Positions 10,328-20,958 of a DNA stretch of 64,000 nt are shown piece by piece. The DNA is from an uncultured archaeon (GTDB lineage Archaea; Asgardarchaeota; Lokiarchaeia; Sigyniarchaeales; SOKP01). Where the stretch lies: NCBI GenBank assembly GCA_964486045.1, contig CAZALK010000014.1, positions 1-64,000 on the forward strand. Direction: 5' to 3'. The first letter of the stretch is position 1. Every line of letters begins with the position of its first letter. Made by a program: the position numbers and the translations under genes. Under the pieces are notes generated by a model. That model did not search any database. It was not told the origin of the DNA and saw nothing but the letters and a program-made list of their open reading frames with translations.

Positions 10328-10630
10328 ATGTGTGAATTTAAGATTATAAAAAGAAATGATGGTTCTCAGATAATGGAAGAAATCGTTATGTTATCTTATA
10401 ATGAAAATAGTGGGTTGGTTTTAAGAGATGTAATTGGGATGGGAGAAATTCTTGACTCTGCCCTAATATTAGATGTAAATACAATGAATCAAAAATGTGA
10501 AATTCTTGAGAATCCTATTATAAAAGATTTTATTAGTTTAATTACTAAAATAAATGTTAATCAAGTAAATAGAATCGATTTTGACAATTTTATTTGTAAG
10601 TTAGAAGAATTGAAAGAAGAACTCGAATAA
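10328..10630 (+). CDS. CooT-family nickel-binding protein with C-terminal extension
   Basis: MCE N-terminus, IMEE and L.DV.G pattern. Confidence 0.65.
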   Translation: MCEFKIIKRNDGSQIMEEIVMLSYNENSGLVLRDVIGMGEILDSALILDVNTMNQKCEILENPIIKDFISLITKINVNQVNRIDFDNFICKLEELKEELE

Positions 10631-10680
10631 TAAATAAACCAGTCGCATTAGAAGGTTTTTTAAGTAATTTTACTTCTTAA

Positions 10681-11556
10681 ATGAATATGAGAGCAATGTT
10701 TTATGAAGATGTCAATAAATTCTATAACCATGTTTTTCCTTTTTTAGTAAAAAATGAGGTTAAAAATAGTCTTCCTTTAACTATTTTGAATTCTCTCAAA
10801 AAAAATATTCAAAGGTATGGGAAAGAGCCACCTCTTATGTTCTCGTTAGCAGAAAATCGATCTATTGAGCTCATATCATTAATGACACCACCACACGATC
10901 TCATTATTTCCTATACAGCTGATTTGAACAATATTAAAATCTTAGTAGAAGAACTTTCAAAACGAAATGTATACTTACCTGGGGTATTAAGTTTTAAAGA
11001 GGCAGCAGATAAATTTTCAAAATTGTGGTGTAAGAAGAATTCTTTGGAATCTCAATTATTGAGAAGAGAAAGATTGTATAAATTGGCTGAAGTCTCAGAA
11101 GAGACATTAGGAGATAAACTATTTTCTGTTGCAACAAAATCAAATCAATCAATAGTTCTTCAATGGGCAAGAGAAATGGCGACTGAAGCATTGGCAGAGA
11201 TAACAGAAGAAGAATTAATGCGAAATATCAAAAATTTCAAGTTTGAATTTGAACAGGATGCTAGTCAGATCTATTTATTATTTGATGATCAAGAACCCGT
11301 TTCAATGGCGAGGAAAGCAGGTAAAAGCCCTCATGGAAATGCTATTAATCTTGTATATACTCCTCCTTTATTACGGAGAAAAGGTTATGCTACGGAATGT
11401 GTAGCAAAATTAAGTAAGTTTCTATTGGAAGAGGGAAATGAATATTGTTTTTTATTTACTGACTTAAGTAATCCTACTTCCAATAGTATTTATCAAAAGA
11501 TAGGGTATCGTTCTATTATTGATGAAAATCACTATAAGTTTTTTTCAAAAAAATAA
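10681..11556 (+). CDS. GNAT family acetyltransferase
   Basis: VYTPP..RRKGYA, LFTD.SNPTSNSIYQKIGY. Confidence 0.9.
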   Translation: MNMRAMFYEDVNKFYNHVFPFLVKNEVKNSLPLTILNSLKKNIQRYGKEPPLMFSLAENRSIELISLMTPPHDLIISYTADLNNIKILVEELSKRNVYLPGVLSFKEAADKFSKLWCKKNSLESQLLRRERLYKLAEVSEETLGDKLFSVATKSNQSIVLQWAREMATEALAEITEEELMRNIKNFKFEFEQDASQIYLLFDDQEPVSMARKAGKSPHGNAINLVYTPPLLRRKGYATECVAKLSKFLLEEGNEYCFLFTDLSNPTSNSIYQKIGYRSIIDENHYKFFSKK

Positions 11557-11726
11557 ATTTGTAAGAATTACTTAAACCGTTGAAAAATTACTAGATTTCT
11601 TTTCGGAAACACTCTCCCATAATATCCTTAATTTTCAATTAATAATAAATAATAATAAACTGATTCGACACTAGTGAAATATTGATATTAATGAAGTTAA
11701 AATGAATAAATTCCTTATTTTACTTA

Positions 11727-13814
11727 TTGATGCCAGTTAAAATCACTGATTTTACAAAGAAAAGTCTCGGAAGATTACTAAAAAAGGATTTAGTCAAATC
11801 TCCCAGTTTAAAAATTATTTTTAAATCAATTAACCAGCACTTATATGGGAAATTAAAGTATACTGATACAGATACTAGAGCACGTTCAAAGCAAATTATA
11901 AATCTTTTGTTATGTAAGTTAGTTGACGAAATTTCTAAGAAACCTGAAGAGGAAGTTGAAGTTTACACTAAGGAAGGCGAATCTCCTAAAGAATTGCTTG
12001 AGAGAATTCAATTATTTTTTGATAATAACGTTAGAGATAAATACAAAGATATAATTGATGAAGATGAACGTATCACCTTAACTAAGGATCTCATTTACTT
12101 AATTATAAGAGATTTAGAAAATATTTCACTTCTACAATCCTCTAAAGATATTTTTAGCGACGCATTTGAGATATTTGTAAGTAAAATATTAAAAGATGAA
12201 GCAGGACAGTTTTTTACACCTCCAAATATAGTCAAATTTATGGTAAATTATTTAGATCCGACAATTGAATCAAAAATTTTAGATCCTGCATGTGGCCATG
12301 GAGGATTTCTTCTTGAAACTAAAGAATTCTTATGGAGAAAATGTGAATCAAAATCTAAAAGAATTAAGATTATTTCTAATTTATTTGGTATTGATAAAGA
12401 CCTGTTCTTAACAAAAATAAGCAGACTATATTTGGATATATTAAGCAATGGAAAATCTAACATTTTTTGTGAAGATTCATTAGATCCAAATAGTTACAGA
12501 GCTCCTGCCATGGAGGCAATAAAAAATGAATCTTTTGATTTTATATTTACTAATCCTCCATTTGGGGTTAAAATTCCTATTAATGAGAGTAGAATATTAG
12601 ATAATTACCAATTAGGTCATGCTTGGAAAAATCAAAATGGTAAATGGGAAACTCAAAACAAGGTGACAAAGCAACAATCCCCTCAAGTTTTATTTATTGA
12701 GAGATGTGTTCAGTTACTTAAAGATGAAGGAAAATTAGGGATTGTTTTACCTGAAGGTATATTTGGTAATCCTTCAGATCGGTATATATGGGAATATCTA
12801 AACTCCAACGGACGAATATTAGGTATAGTTTCATTAGATCAAAATACATTTCAACCTTTCACATGTAATAAGACCAGTATCCTGTTTTTTCAGAAGTTAA
12901 AGACGATTCCAGCTGATTATCTAATAGATTTCGCCATTGTTGATAATGTAGGTCACGACAAGGATGGAAAGGTTTTGTATCAACTAAATAAAGATGGCAG
13001 TAAAAAATTGGATTCTAAGGAGAACCCGATTATTTTTGATGAATTAACAGAGCTTCACAAAAAACTCAGGGATGCAGAAGGATTTAATTATTTAAATGAC
13101 CAAAAAGTTTTTAACATTAAATTCAGCCAGATTAAAAACAATGTTTTTATCCCCCCTTATTATACAGGAGTGGAAAAAATCCTTAAGAAATTATCAATTA
13201 ATGAGAAGTTTAATCTATTAAGTATAAAAGAACTTACAGAAAAGGAGATTATTTATACTAATAAAGGAGGTTACTTACCAAGAGGATCTGAAATTGGATC
13301 TCATGTGTATGGTTTGGGAGATATTCCATTTATTCGAACTAGCGAAATTAACAATTGGGAAGTCAATTTAGATTCCTATAAAAAAACAAGCCAAGAGGTA
13401 TATGAACAATATAAAGATAAGCAAAATATTGAATCGGATGATATTCTCTTGGTTAAGGATGGTGGACCAAATCTTATTGGAAAAACAGCTTATATAACTA
13501 AACTAGATACTAAAATAATAATTCAAAGCCATATATTTCAAATAAAAACCTTAGTAAATGAAGAGTCGATTGATTCTTATCTCATATTATATCTATTAAA
13601 TCTAGACCTTGTACAAAAGCAAATTCAAACATTTACTTTTATTCAAGGAACTATTGCTACAATAGGAAATCGCATAATGGAACTAACTTTACCTTTTCCT
13701 TCTGATTTTTCTAAAAGGAAAGAAATTTCAAAAACAATAAAACAAATTATTGATAGTAAAACAGAAACACGAATAAAAATAAAGAGTCTCTCTCTAGATT
13801 CTCATATTTATTGA
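11727..13814 (+). CDS. N6-adenine DNA methyltransferase (HsdM-like) fused to a single HsdS-like specificity domain
   Basis: GQFFTP, DPACGHGGFL, NPPF; the C-terminal region (IPFIRTSEI, DILLVKDG) resembles a TRD. Confidence 0.88.
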   Translation: MMPVKITDFTKKSLGRLLKKDLVKSPSLKIIFKSINQHLYGKLKYTDTDTRARSKQIINLLLCKLVDEISKKPEEEVEVYTKEGESPKELLERIQLFFDNNVRDKYKDIIDEDERITLTKDLIYLIIRDLENISLLQSSKDIFSDAFEIFVSKILKDEAGQFFTPPNIVKFMVNYLDPTIESKILDPACGHGGFLLETKEFLWRKCESKSKRIKIISNLFGIDKDLFLTKISRLYLDILSNGKSNIFCEDSLDPNSYRAPAMEAIKNESFDFIFTNPPFGVKIPINESRILDNYQLGHAWKNQNGKWETQNKVTKQQSPQVLFIERCVQLLKDEGKLGIVLPEGIFGNPSDRYIWEYLNSNGRILGIVSLDQNTFQPFTCNKTSILFFQKLKTIPADYLIDFAIVDNVGHDKDGKVLYQLNKDGSKKLDSKENPIIFDELTELHKKLRDAEGFNYLNDQKVFNIKFSQIKNNVFIPPYYTGVEKILKKLSINEKFNLLSIKELTEKEIIYTNKGGYLPRGSEIGSHVYGLGDIPFIRTSEINNWEVNLDSYKKTSQEVYEQYKDKQNIESDDILLVKDGGPNLIGKTAYITKLDTKIIIQSHIFQIKTLVNEESIDSYLILYLLNLDLVQKQIQTFTFIQGTIATIGNRIMELTLPFPSDFSKRKEISKTIKQIIDSKTETRIKIKSLSLDSHIY

Positions 13815-13857
13815 TCCTTATCCATAATAAAAATGATTATACTACTTTCTAGTCAAC

Positions 13858-14298
13858 ATGAAGATTGAAAAGTTTTCTATGAAATTCTATGATGAAGTTA
13901 TTGAGTTGTGGAAAAATGCTGGAATTTCTGTTGGTTCTTCGGATTCTAAACATGAAGTAGAGAAAATGCTTAAGAGAAATCCTGATTTATTTCTAATTGG
14001 AACGCTTAAAGAGAAAATTATTTCTGTTGTAATGGGGGGTTTTGACGGAAGAAGGGGTTATATCCATCATCTTGCAGTAAATCCTACCTACCAAAGGAAA
14101 GGATATGGAACAAAGATAATAACTAAATTAATTGAAGAGTTTCGCCAAAAAGGAATCCACAAGATTCATTTGTTTATAGAAAAACGCAATATGGAAGTTA
14201 TGGATTTCTATAGAAATTTGGGTTGGGAGATTAGAGAAGATTTGACAATGATGAGTTTTGTCCCAGATGAAAAACTTTATAAAAGGAAACTCAAATAA
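13858..14298 (+). CDS. GNAT family acetyltransferase (YpeA-like)
   Basis: GFDGRRGYIHHLAV.P.YQRKGYG. Confidence 0.9.
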   Translation: MKIEKFSMKFYDEVIELWKNAGISVGSSDSKHEVEKMLKRNPDLFLIGTLKEKIISVVMGGFDGRRGYIHHLAVNPTYQRKGYGTKIITKLIEEFRQKGIHKIHLFIEKRNMEVMDFYRNLGWEIREDLTMMSFVPDEKLYKRKLK

Positions 14299-14493
14299 AG
14301 AAAATTCATAGAGTTACCAAAATCTGGATATGGTAAGATTCTAGAATAATCATTACGAAATGAAAGAGGTTAACTTTTTTTTAGATTTCACTTTTATTAC
14401 TTATCCGGCCTAAATTTTAGATATCCTCGACCCTAAAAAATGCTTAATCTAACAAGAGGTTATTAAATATAGGAAGAAAGAAAAGAGTATTTA

Positions 14494-15144
14494 CTAAAAT
14501 TTTTCACCGCATTTTTTGCAAACATTAATCTTACCCAACATAGGTTTGTGACCTATGTACCCTAAGATCTTTGATTTATCTTCTTCACTTTTAATGTCTT
14601 TTCCTACAGCACCACAACTTGGGCATATTAAACGATCTTCACTTGCGTATGCTGTTGGTTCGACAGGCTTCAATGAACTTAACTCTGTTTCTGCTTTTTC
14701 AATATGAGCCTTTTGTTCCCCCATTACTTTCTCTTTTTCCTCAAGAGATTTACTAAGTTCTCCTAATTTTGAATCTTTTTCTGAAAGTGATTTGGTTAAT
14801 TCCTCATTTTTACTAGTCAATTCCGCATTTTTACTTGTTAATTCCTCAACCTTTGATGTTAAATTGCTAGCTTCTGATTTCAAATCAACTGATTCATTTT
14901 CTTTTGAGGATGTTAACCCATTAACTTGATTTTCTAAATCAGTTATTTTTCCTTTACTAGATTCTAACTCTGAATTCAGTCCTGCAATTCTTTCATTAAG
15001 TGAATTGAGTTCTCCATCTTTACTTGTTAAAGTGCTCTTAAGATCATAATTTTCAGAGGTTAATACATCATTTTTATTTTTCAAACCTTTAACAATCTTA
15101 TCATCTAATCCTTCGGTTAAATCTTTTATATCGTCTTGAGTAAT
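14494..15144 (-). CDS. Coiled-coil protein with C-terminal zinc ribbon; start may be ATT at 15144 rather than TTG at 15084
   Basis: Heptad-rich body, CPSCG...CKKCG; frame open to 15150 with GGTGA at 15155-15151. Confidence 0.7.
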   Translation of the reverse strand: MTQDDIKDLTEGLDDKIVKGLKNKNDVLTSENYDLKSTLTSKDGELNSLNERIAGLNSELESSKGKITDLENQVNGLTSSKENESVDLKSEASNLTSKVEELTSKNAELTSKNEELTKSLSEKDSKLGELSKSLEEKEKVMGEQKAHIEKAETELSSLKPVEPTAYASEDRLICPSCGAVGKDIKSEEDKSKILGYIGHKPMLGKINVCKKCGEKF

Positions 15145-15349
15145 ATACTTTCACCTTTTTATTAATTATTGATATTACGATAGAATCACAGAATTTAATA
15201 AATTGAATATTATATGACTTTTTTATAAATTCTACAAAAATTTTATAATAGAATTTATATTTAAGTTTTATTTTTAAGATACTTTATGTTAAAAAAAGAA
15301 ATAATGCATTGAATTTTCTACAGTTAGATCTACTCTAAATCAACCTTTT

Positions 15350-15955
15350 TTATTTCTTCGTCATCAAGTAGGTTACGACTCTGGGTATTACCTTAGAATT
15401 ATAATTTTCAACTTTAATTTGCTCGATTTCAAAAAATGATCCAAATCTTTGAGATACTTCACCTGGTTCAAGAGACATTGAACCCAAAATTGGGACTCGC
15501 CGTATTAAACGTTCCCACCATCGAATAGGCCACTCGAAGCAAAAAAATAAGAATTTTGTTCCTTTATGAGTTAATGGAAGAATATTTTTAATAAATAGAA
15601 TTCGGTCTGTTGGGCTTAAATCGTCGAAAGTTCCATAATCAACTAAAAAATCAAAGGTTCCCTTTACATGCTGTAGATTTGTTAAGTCATCAACTATAAA
15701 ATTTACGTGTACGCCCGCCTTTATAGCCATTTTTCGACCTTTTAGAATTGCAGCAGGAGAATAATCAACTCCAGTTACATCAAAACCATGTTCTGCTAAA
15801 AAAATACAATTACTAGCAGATCCGCTTCCCAAATCGATAACTTTGCACGGCTTAATTTTACCGCTTGTAACCAAAGAAACAAGCTCATCTCTAACCCCGA
15901 TATCCCACGGAGCACGAAAAAAACGATACAAAAAGTTATAAACAAATTTAATCAT
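15350..15955 (-). CDS. Class I SAM-dependent methyltransferase (TPMT/TehB-like)
   Basis: PWD, VIDLGSGS, VTGVDYS, FDFLVDYG. Confidence 0.88.
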   Translation of the reverse strand: MIKFVYNFLYRFFRAPWDIGVRDELVSLVTSGKIKPCKVIDLGSGSASNCIFLAEHGFDVTGVDYSPAAILKGRKMAIKAGVHVNFIVDDLTNLQHVKGTFDFLVDYGTFDDLSPTDRILFIKNILPLTHKGTKFLFFCFEWPIRWWERLIRRVPILGSMSLEPGEVSQRFGSFFEIEQIKVENYNSKVIPRVVTYLMTKK

Positions 15956-16171
15956 AATTGTCGAATTTTAGAGTATTATTTCTTGACTTTCTAATAGAAC
16001 TAATTTATTTTTATCTACAAACATTAGATGAGAAGCTAAATCAATTTAAAATCAAATTTCATAATTAAAAATTAGTATTAGATAATTTTCATTATAATTT
16101 AAAAAAAAGTTTTTTATTCCATTGAAAATATTGTATTTTCAATTTATTACAGATTATATTTGATACAAATA

Positions 16172-16456
16172 CTATTCTATGTAATCATTTTTGGATCCCA
16201 TAAGGGTGGTTGTTTCTTCGATCCAATGAGATAAATCTTTATCAATCCTACAGAAAGTCACTATTTTATCTAAATCCTTAAGCTTACTAAATGAACACTC
16301 TACTATTACATCCCAACCTCCGTATATTGGTGTTGCATATGTGATTTTCCAATTATCTTCTGATTCTTCTGATTTTAATCCAGTTAACTTCTCAACTATC
16401 TTCCATTCTGTACCAATTACTTTTAATCGTATTAATATATAACCTCGATAATACAT
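16172..16456 (-). CDS. Stand-alone Lrp/AsnC ligand-binding (RAM) domain protein
   Basis: GYILI...YGGWDVIV...IEETTTL pattern; no HTH. Confidence 0.75.
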   Translation of the reverse strand: MYYRGYILIRLKVIGTEWKIVEKLTGLKSEESEDNWKITYATPIYGGWDVIVECSFSKLKDLDKIVTFCRIDKDLSHWIEETTTLMGSKNDYIE

Positions 16457-16491
16457 TTTAGATTCTCAACCTCATTTTTACCTAAATTTAT

Positions 16492-17748
16492 TTAGTTTAA
16501 AACCTTCTTTGATGATTTTAAAGCATTTTTAACTTGAAATCCAATCTCACTTTGTAAACCCCATAGTGGAATAAAACCGTAACTATATTTTTGATTAAAA
16601 CTGCTACTTGTATCATAAGTTGCTAAGTTAAGATCATATAAACCATAAGGAGATTCTCTTGATACCACATTCACGCTTCCTTTATATAATTTCACCCTTA
16701 CCTTGCCTGTTACCTTTTGATTAATTGTGTTAATAAAAGCTTCTAGGGCGTCCCTTAATGGATCGACCCATAATCCTTCGTACACAAGTTCGGTCCATCT
16801 TTGATCCACCATTGTTTTAAATGAATTCTCATGCTTTGTACAAACAAACTTTTCGAGATCTTTATGGGCTTTAATTAAAATTAAAGCAGCTGGGACTTCA
16901 TACACCTCCCGTGATTTTAAACCAATTGCTCTATCTTCCATATGACCTACTCTTCCTATCCCATGCTTAGCGCCAAGGTTATTTAAATTTTTTATTAATT
17001 CAACCCCTTTCATTTCTTCATTATTTAATTGAACAGGGATCCCATTCTTAAAAAAGATTTCTACATACTCAGAGAAATCTGGAGCTTCTTGAGGTGATTT
17101 TGTCCAAGCGTTACAATCTTCTGGAGCTTCAATTTCAGGATGTTCTAAAATATCACACTCAGCACTTCTTCCAAAAAGATTTTCGTCGACACTATATTTC
17201 CGATTCTCCTCTCTTATTGGGATTCCATGTTGCTGTGCATATAATATTTCATCACTTCTGCCCATGTCCCACTCAATTAATGGCATTAAAACCTCAATTT
17301 GGGGTGCATATGCACTTATTGTCACATTAAATCTAATTTGATCATTTCCTTTCCCTGTACATCCATGAGCTATAGTATCGATTTTTTCTTGTTGTGCAAT
17401 TTTAATAGCTTCAATTGCTATCAATGGTCTCCCAATTGCGGTACTCAATGGATATACTCCTTGGTACAAACCATTTGCCTTGATAGTCGGGAACACATAT
17501 TCATTAACAAATTTATCTTTTAGATCTACTTTAAAATGTTTAACTACACCTAAATTGTAAGCTTTTTCTTCAATTTCTTTATATCTGGAGGGATCAGCAA
17601 ATTCTTGACCGAGATCAGCTGTAAAGGTATAAATTTTGGACTCATATTTCTCCTGTAACCATTTTATCATACAAGATGTATCTAACCCTCCCGAATACAT
17701 TAATAAAATTTTCTCATATTTTTCTTTTTTCGGCCCTAATTGATTCAT
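16492..17748 (-). CDS. argG: Argininosuccinate synthase
   Basis: YSGGLDTS, AHGCTGKGNDQIRF, YSVDENLFGRS. Confidence 0.97.
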   Translation of the reverse strand: MNQLGPKKEKYEKILLMYSGGLDTSCMIKWLQEKYESKIYTFTADLGQEFADPSRYKEIEEKAYNLGVVKHFKVDLKDKFVNEYVFPTIKANGLYQGVYPLSTAIGRPLIAIEAIKIAQQEKIDTIAHGCTGKGNDQIRFNVTISAYAPQIEVLMPLIEWDMGRSDEILYAQQHGIPIREENRKYSVDENLFGRSAECDILEHPEIEAPEDCNAWTKSPQEAPDFSEYVEIFFKNGIPVQLNNEEMKGVELIKNLNNLGAKHGIGRVGHMEDRAIGLKSREVYEVPAALILIKAHKDLEKFVCTKHENSFKTMVDQRWTELVYEGLWVDPLRDALEAFINTINQKVTGKVRVKLYKGSVNVVSRESPYGLYDLNLATYDTSSSFNQKYSYGFIPLWGLQSEIGFQVKNALKSSKKVLN

Positions 17749-17785
17749 ACACTTATCACTTTTTCTTCATTTTTTAAAATTTATT

Positions 17786-18835
17786 CTAAATTGGAAATAT
17801 GGGTATTGAATTTAATCCTGTATTCTCTTTTAAATTAAACATTATATTCATATTTTGGACAGCCTGTCCGGCCGCACCTTTAATTAAATTATCTATTGCC
17901 CCTATAATTATAATTTTATTCGATCTTTTATCCAATGTAAAGCCTATATCACAATAATTTGATCCTTTCACCCATTTTGTTTCAGGGAATACATTTTCCT
18001 TTGTCAACCGAACGAAATATTCATCTTTGTAATATTTCTCGTAAATTTTCTTGATTTCTTCATAATTTATTTTTTGTTTAGGCGTCCCATAAATTGTGCA
18101 TAATATTCCTCTATTCATAGGTAAAAGATGTGGTGTAAAAATTACTGAATTCTCATTTCCAGTAATTTCATTAAGTTCTTGTTCAATTTCTGGTGTATGT
18201 CGATGAGATTTTACACTATAAGGTTTAATTGATTCATTGCATTCAGAGAAATGCGTTGTTAAATTTAGAGATCGACCTGCTCCTGACACTCCCGATTTTG
18301 CATCAATAATAATGTTATTCTCCTCTAAAATTTCTTCTTTAATTAGAGGAAGTAAACTTAATAAAGCACAGGTTGGATAACAACCGGGATTACTAATTAA
18401 ATTAGAATTATTTATCTGGCTCCTCTTCCATTCACTAAGGCCGTATGTAGCCTTGCTTATCAGAGTTTCATTCATATGTCTAAGTTTGTACCATTCCTCA
18501 TAAACTCTTATGTCTTTTAATCGAAAATCTCCACTTAGATCAATAATCTTGACATTATCTAAAACAGAGTCAGTTAATAATTCGAAAGCTTTCCCATTAG
18601 GTAGTGCTAAAAAAACAACATCAAGTTCTTCACTTAAAGTCTCGAGATCCTCCTCCTCACATTTCATTTCGGATATTTTATTGAAGTTTTCAAAAACTGA
18701 ATTGTAAACTTGATCATTATGACTATTTGAGGATAGAGATTTAATTTCTACCTTTGGATGGTGATATAAAATTCTTACTAACTCTGATCCTGAATATCCC
18801 GTTGCCCCTATTATTCCTACCTTAATCATTTTCAA
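17786..18835 (-). CDS. argC: N-acetyl-gamma-glutamyl-phosphate reductase
   Basis: GATGYSG, NPGCYPT, SGVSGAG, DNLIKGAAGQAVQNMN. Confidence 0.97.
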   Translation of the reverse strand: MKMIKVGIIGATGYSGSELVRILYHHPKVEIKSLSSNSHNDQVYNSVFENFNKISEMKCEEEDLETLSEELDVVFLALPNGKAFELLTDSVLDNVKIIDLSGDFRLKDIRVYEEWYKLRHMNETLISKATYGLSEWKRSQINNSNLISNPGCYPTCALLSLLPLIKEEILEENNIIIDAKSGVSGAGRSLNLTTHFSECNESIKPYSVKSHRHTPEIEQELNEITGNENSVIFTPHLLPMNRGILCTIYGTPKQKINYEEIKKIYEKYYKDEYFVRLTKENVFPETKWVKGSNYCDIGFTLDKRSNKIIIIGAIDNLIKGAAGQAVQNMNIMFNLKENTGLNSIPIFPI

Positions 18836-18843
18836 AACCTATA

Positions 18844-20031
18844 TCAGTTAAAGAAATTTTTAAATACATCATCCAATATCGAAATTCCCTCATTTATCTC
18901 TTCCTTGCTAATAATCAGAGGTGGAACAAATCTTATGACGTTTTCTCCAGCACCTAGGATAAGTAAACCATTCTCCATACATTTAATAACAATTTCTTTA
19001 ACCGCACATTTCAATTCCATTCCGATCATAAGCCCATGTCCCCTAACTTCTTCGACTTTTTCATATTTATCTCTTAATTCATTTAATCTTTTTTTTAGAT
19101 GCTTTTCTTGTTTTTGTACATTATCAAGTACACCATTTAAAAGCTTTCTCACAACTACTTTACCTGCTGTACAAGCCAAGGGGTTACCGCCAAAAGTAGA
19201 TGCGTGATCACCTGGTTTAAAAGCATCAGCTTTATTTTGCTTCGCTAACATTGCACCAATTGGAAAACCTCCACCTAAACCTTTTGCCAAAGAAACAACA
19301 TCAGGTTCTATTCCGAATAATTGGTATGCAAATAGTTTTCCTGTTCTTCCCATACCACATTGTACTTCATCAAATACTAAAACTATATCCTTTTTATCAC
19401 AAAGTGCTCTTACTTGTTGTAAGTAATCTTTTTCTGCGGGATGGATCCCACCCTCCCCTTGTATTGGTTCAATAATGATAGCACATGTTTTTTCATTAAC
19501 CGCCTTCTCTAACAAATCAAAATTATTAAATTCAACATATGAAAATCCGGGCATTAATGGATTAAAACCACTTTGATATTTTGTTTGACCCGTTGCTGTT
19601 AAAGTGGCAAGAGTTCTGCCATGAAAAGACTTTTTCATTGTAATAATTTCATAACAATTATCATCATGAACCTTCTTCCCATATTTTCTACTTAATTTAA
19701 TTGCCGCTTCTACGGCTTCTGCTCCACTATTGCAGTAGAAAATTTTGTCAAAGCAGCTATTCTTTGTTAATAATTCGCTTAATTCTATTGAGGGAATCAT
19801 CCAATATAAATTTGAACAATGCTGTAATTTAGCCAATTGATTCGAGATCTCTTTCACATAGTCAAAATCATTATAACCTAAGGCATTTACAGCTATTCCT
19901 GCGACAAAATCCAAATATTTATTACCATTACTATCCCATAGATATACACCATTTCCTTTTTCTATAGTAATAGGGAACTGACTATAAGTATTCATAATAA
20001 CCTTATTTCCTCTTTCAATCCAATCTTCCAT
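18844..20031 (-). CDS. argD: Acetylornithine aminotransferase
   Basis: NSGAEA, FHGRT, DEVQCGMGRTG, AKGLGGG; operon context. Confidence 0.95.
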   Translation of the reverse strand: MEDWIERGNKVIMNTYSQFPITIEKGNGVYLWDSNGNKYLDFVAGIAVNALGYNDFDYVKEISNQLAKLQHCSNLYWMIPSIELSELLTKNSCFDKIFYCNSGAEAVEAAIKLSRKYGKKVHDDNCYEIITMKKSFHGRTLATLTATGQTKYQSGFNPLMPGFSYVEFNNFDLLEKAVNEKTCAIIIEPIQGEGGIHPAEKDYLQQVRALCDKKDIVLVFDEVQCGMGRTGKLFAYQLFGIEPDVVSLAKGLGGGFPIGAMLAKQNKADAFKPGDHASTFGGNPLACTAGKVVVRKLLNGVLDNVQKQEKHLKKRLNELRDKYEKVEEVRGHGLMIGMELKCAVKEIVIKCMENGLLILGAGENVIRFVPPLIISKEEINEGISILDDVFKNFFN

Positions 20032-20064
20032 GATTTAATCTAATCCTTAAATTTATGTTTATAA

Positions 20065-20958
20065 TTAATTTTTAAACATTGTACCTATCCCTCTTGAAGT
20101 AAGTATTTCAAGCAATAAACTGTGCTTAATTCTCCCATCTATTATATGGACTGCTTTTACTCCACAATTCACTGCTTCAACACAACTCTTTACTTTTGGA
20201 ATCATACCATTCGTAATTACTCCTTCTTCAATAAAAGACAAAGCTTGATCAGTTTTCATCTCCGTTATTAGAGATGTGGCATCTTCCATGTCACTTAAAA
20301 CACCTAAGACATCTGTTATATAAATTAATTTTTCAGCGTTTATTGCTTTTGAAATAGCTAGTGCTACATCATCAGCATTTATATTATAAGTGTTTCCTAA
20401 ACTATCTTTGCCTATAGGGGCAATTACAGGAATAATACCACTTTTTAATAATCCTTCTAAAAAAGAAGTATTCACAAAAGTAACCTCCCCAACAAACCCT
20501 AAATCTGTTTCATCAATGATTTTCTTTTTAGCATGTAAAAGATCCCCATCTTTTCCACACAATCCTATAGCATTAACACCTAAAGTTTGAATATCGTTAA
20601 CGATACTCTTATTGATCTTTCCTGCTAATACCATTTCAACTATTTTCATCGTTTCCTTATCTGTAATTCTCAATCCGTTGAAAAATTTTGGCTTGATTCC
20701 TAACTTGCATAACATTTTATTTATGAAGGGTCCTCCGCCGTGAACTATGATAACCTTAATCCCTACCAAATTTAAAGAAACAACATCATCTATAAATCTT
20801 CTCTTAAGCTCGGGATCTTTCATGGCACTCCCTCCATACTTTACTATAATTGTTTTCCCATAAAATTTTTTTATGAATTGAAGGGCTTCAATTAAAATCT
20901 CTGCCTTCTCTAACTTTTCAACCATACTAAACAACTTTTTATGTTCTATAATCTCCAT
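20065..20958 (-). CDS. argB: Acetylglutamate kinase (true start may be ATG 20925)
   Basis: VKYGGSAM, VHGGGP, NINAD, GMIPK. Confidence 0.96.
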   Translation of the reverse strand: MEIIEHKKLFSMVEKLEKAEILIEALQFIKKFYGKTIIVKYGGSAMKDPELKRRFIDDVVSLNLVGIKVIIVHGGGPFINKMLCKLGIKPKFFNGLRITDKETMKIVEMVLAGKINKSIVNDIQTLGVNAIGLCGKDGDLLHAKKKIIDETDLGFVGEVTFVNTSFLEGLLKSGIIPVIAPIGKDSLGNTYNINADDVALAISKAINAEKLIYITDVLGVLSDMEDATSLITEMKTDQALSFIEEGVITNGMIPKVKSCVEAVNCGVKAVHIIDGRIKHSLLLEILTSRGIGTMFKN

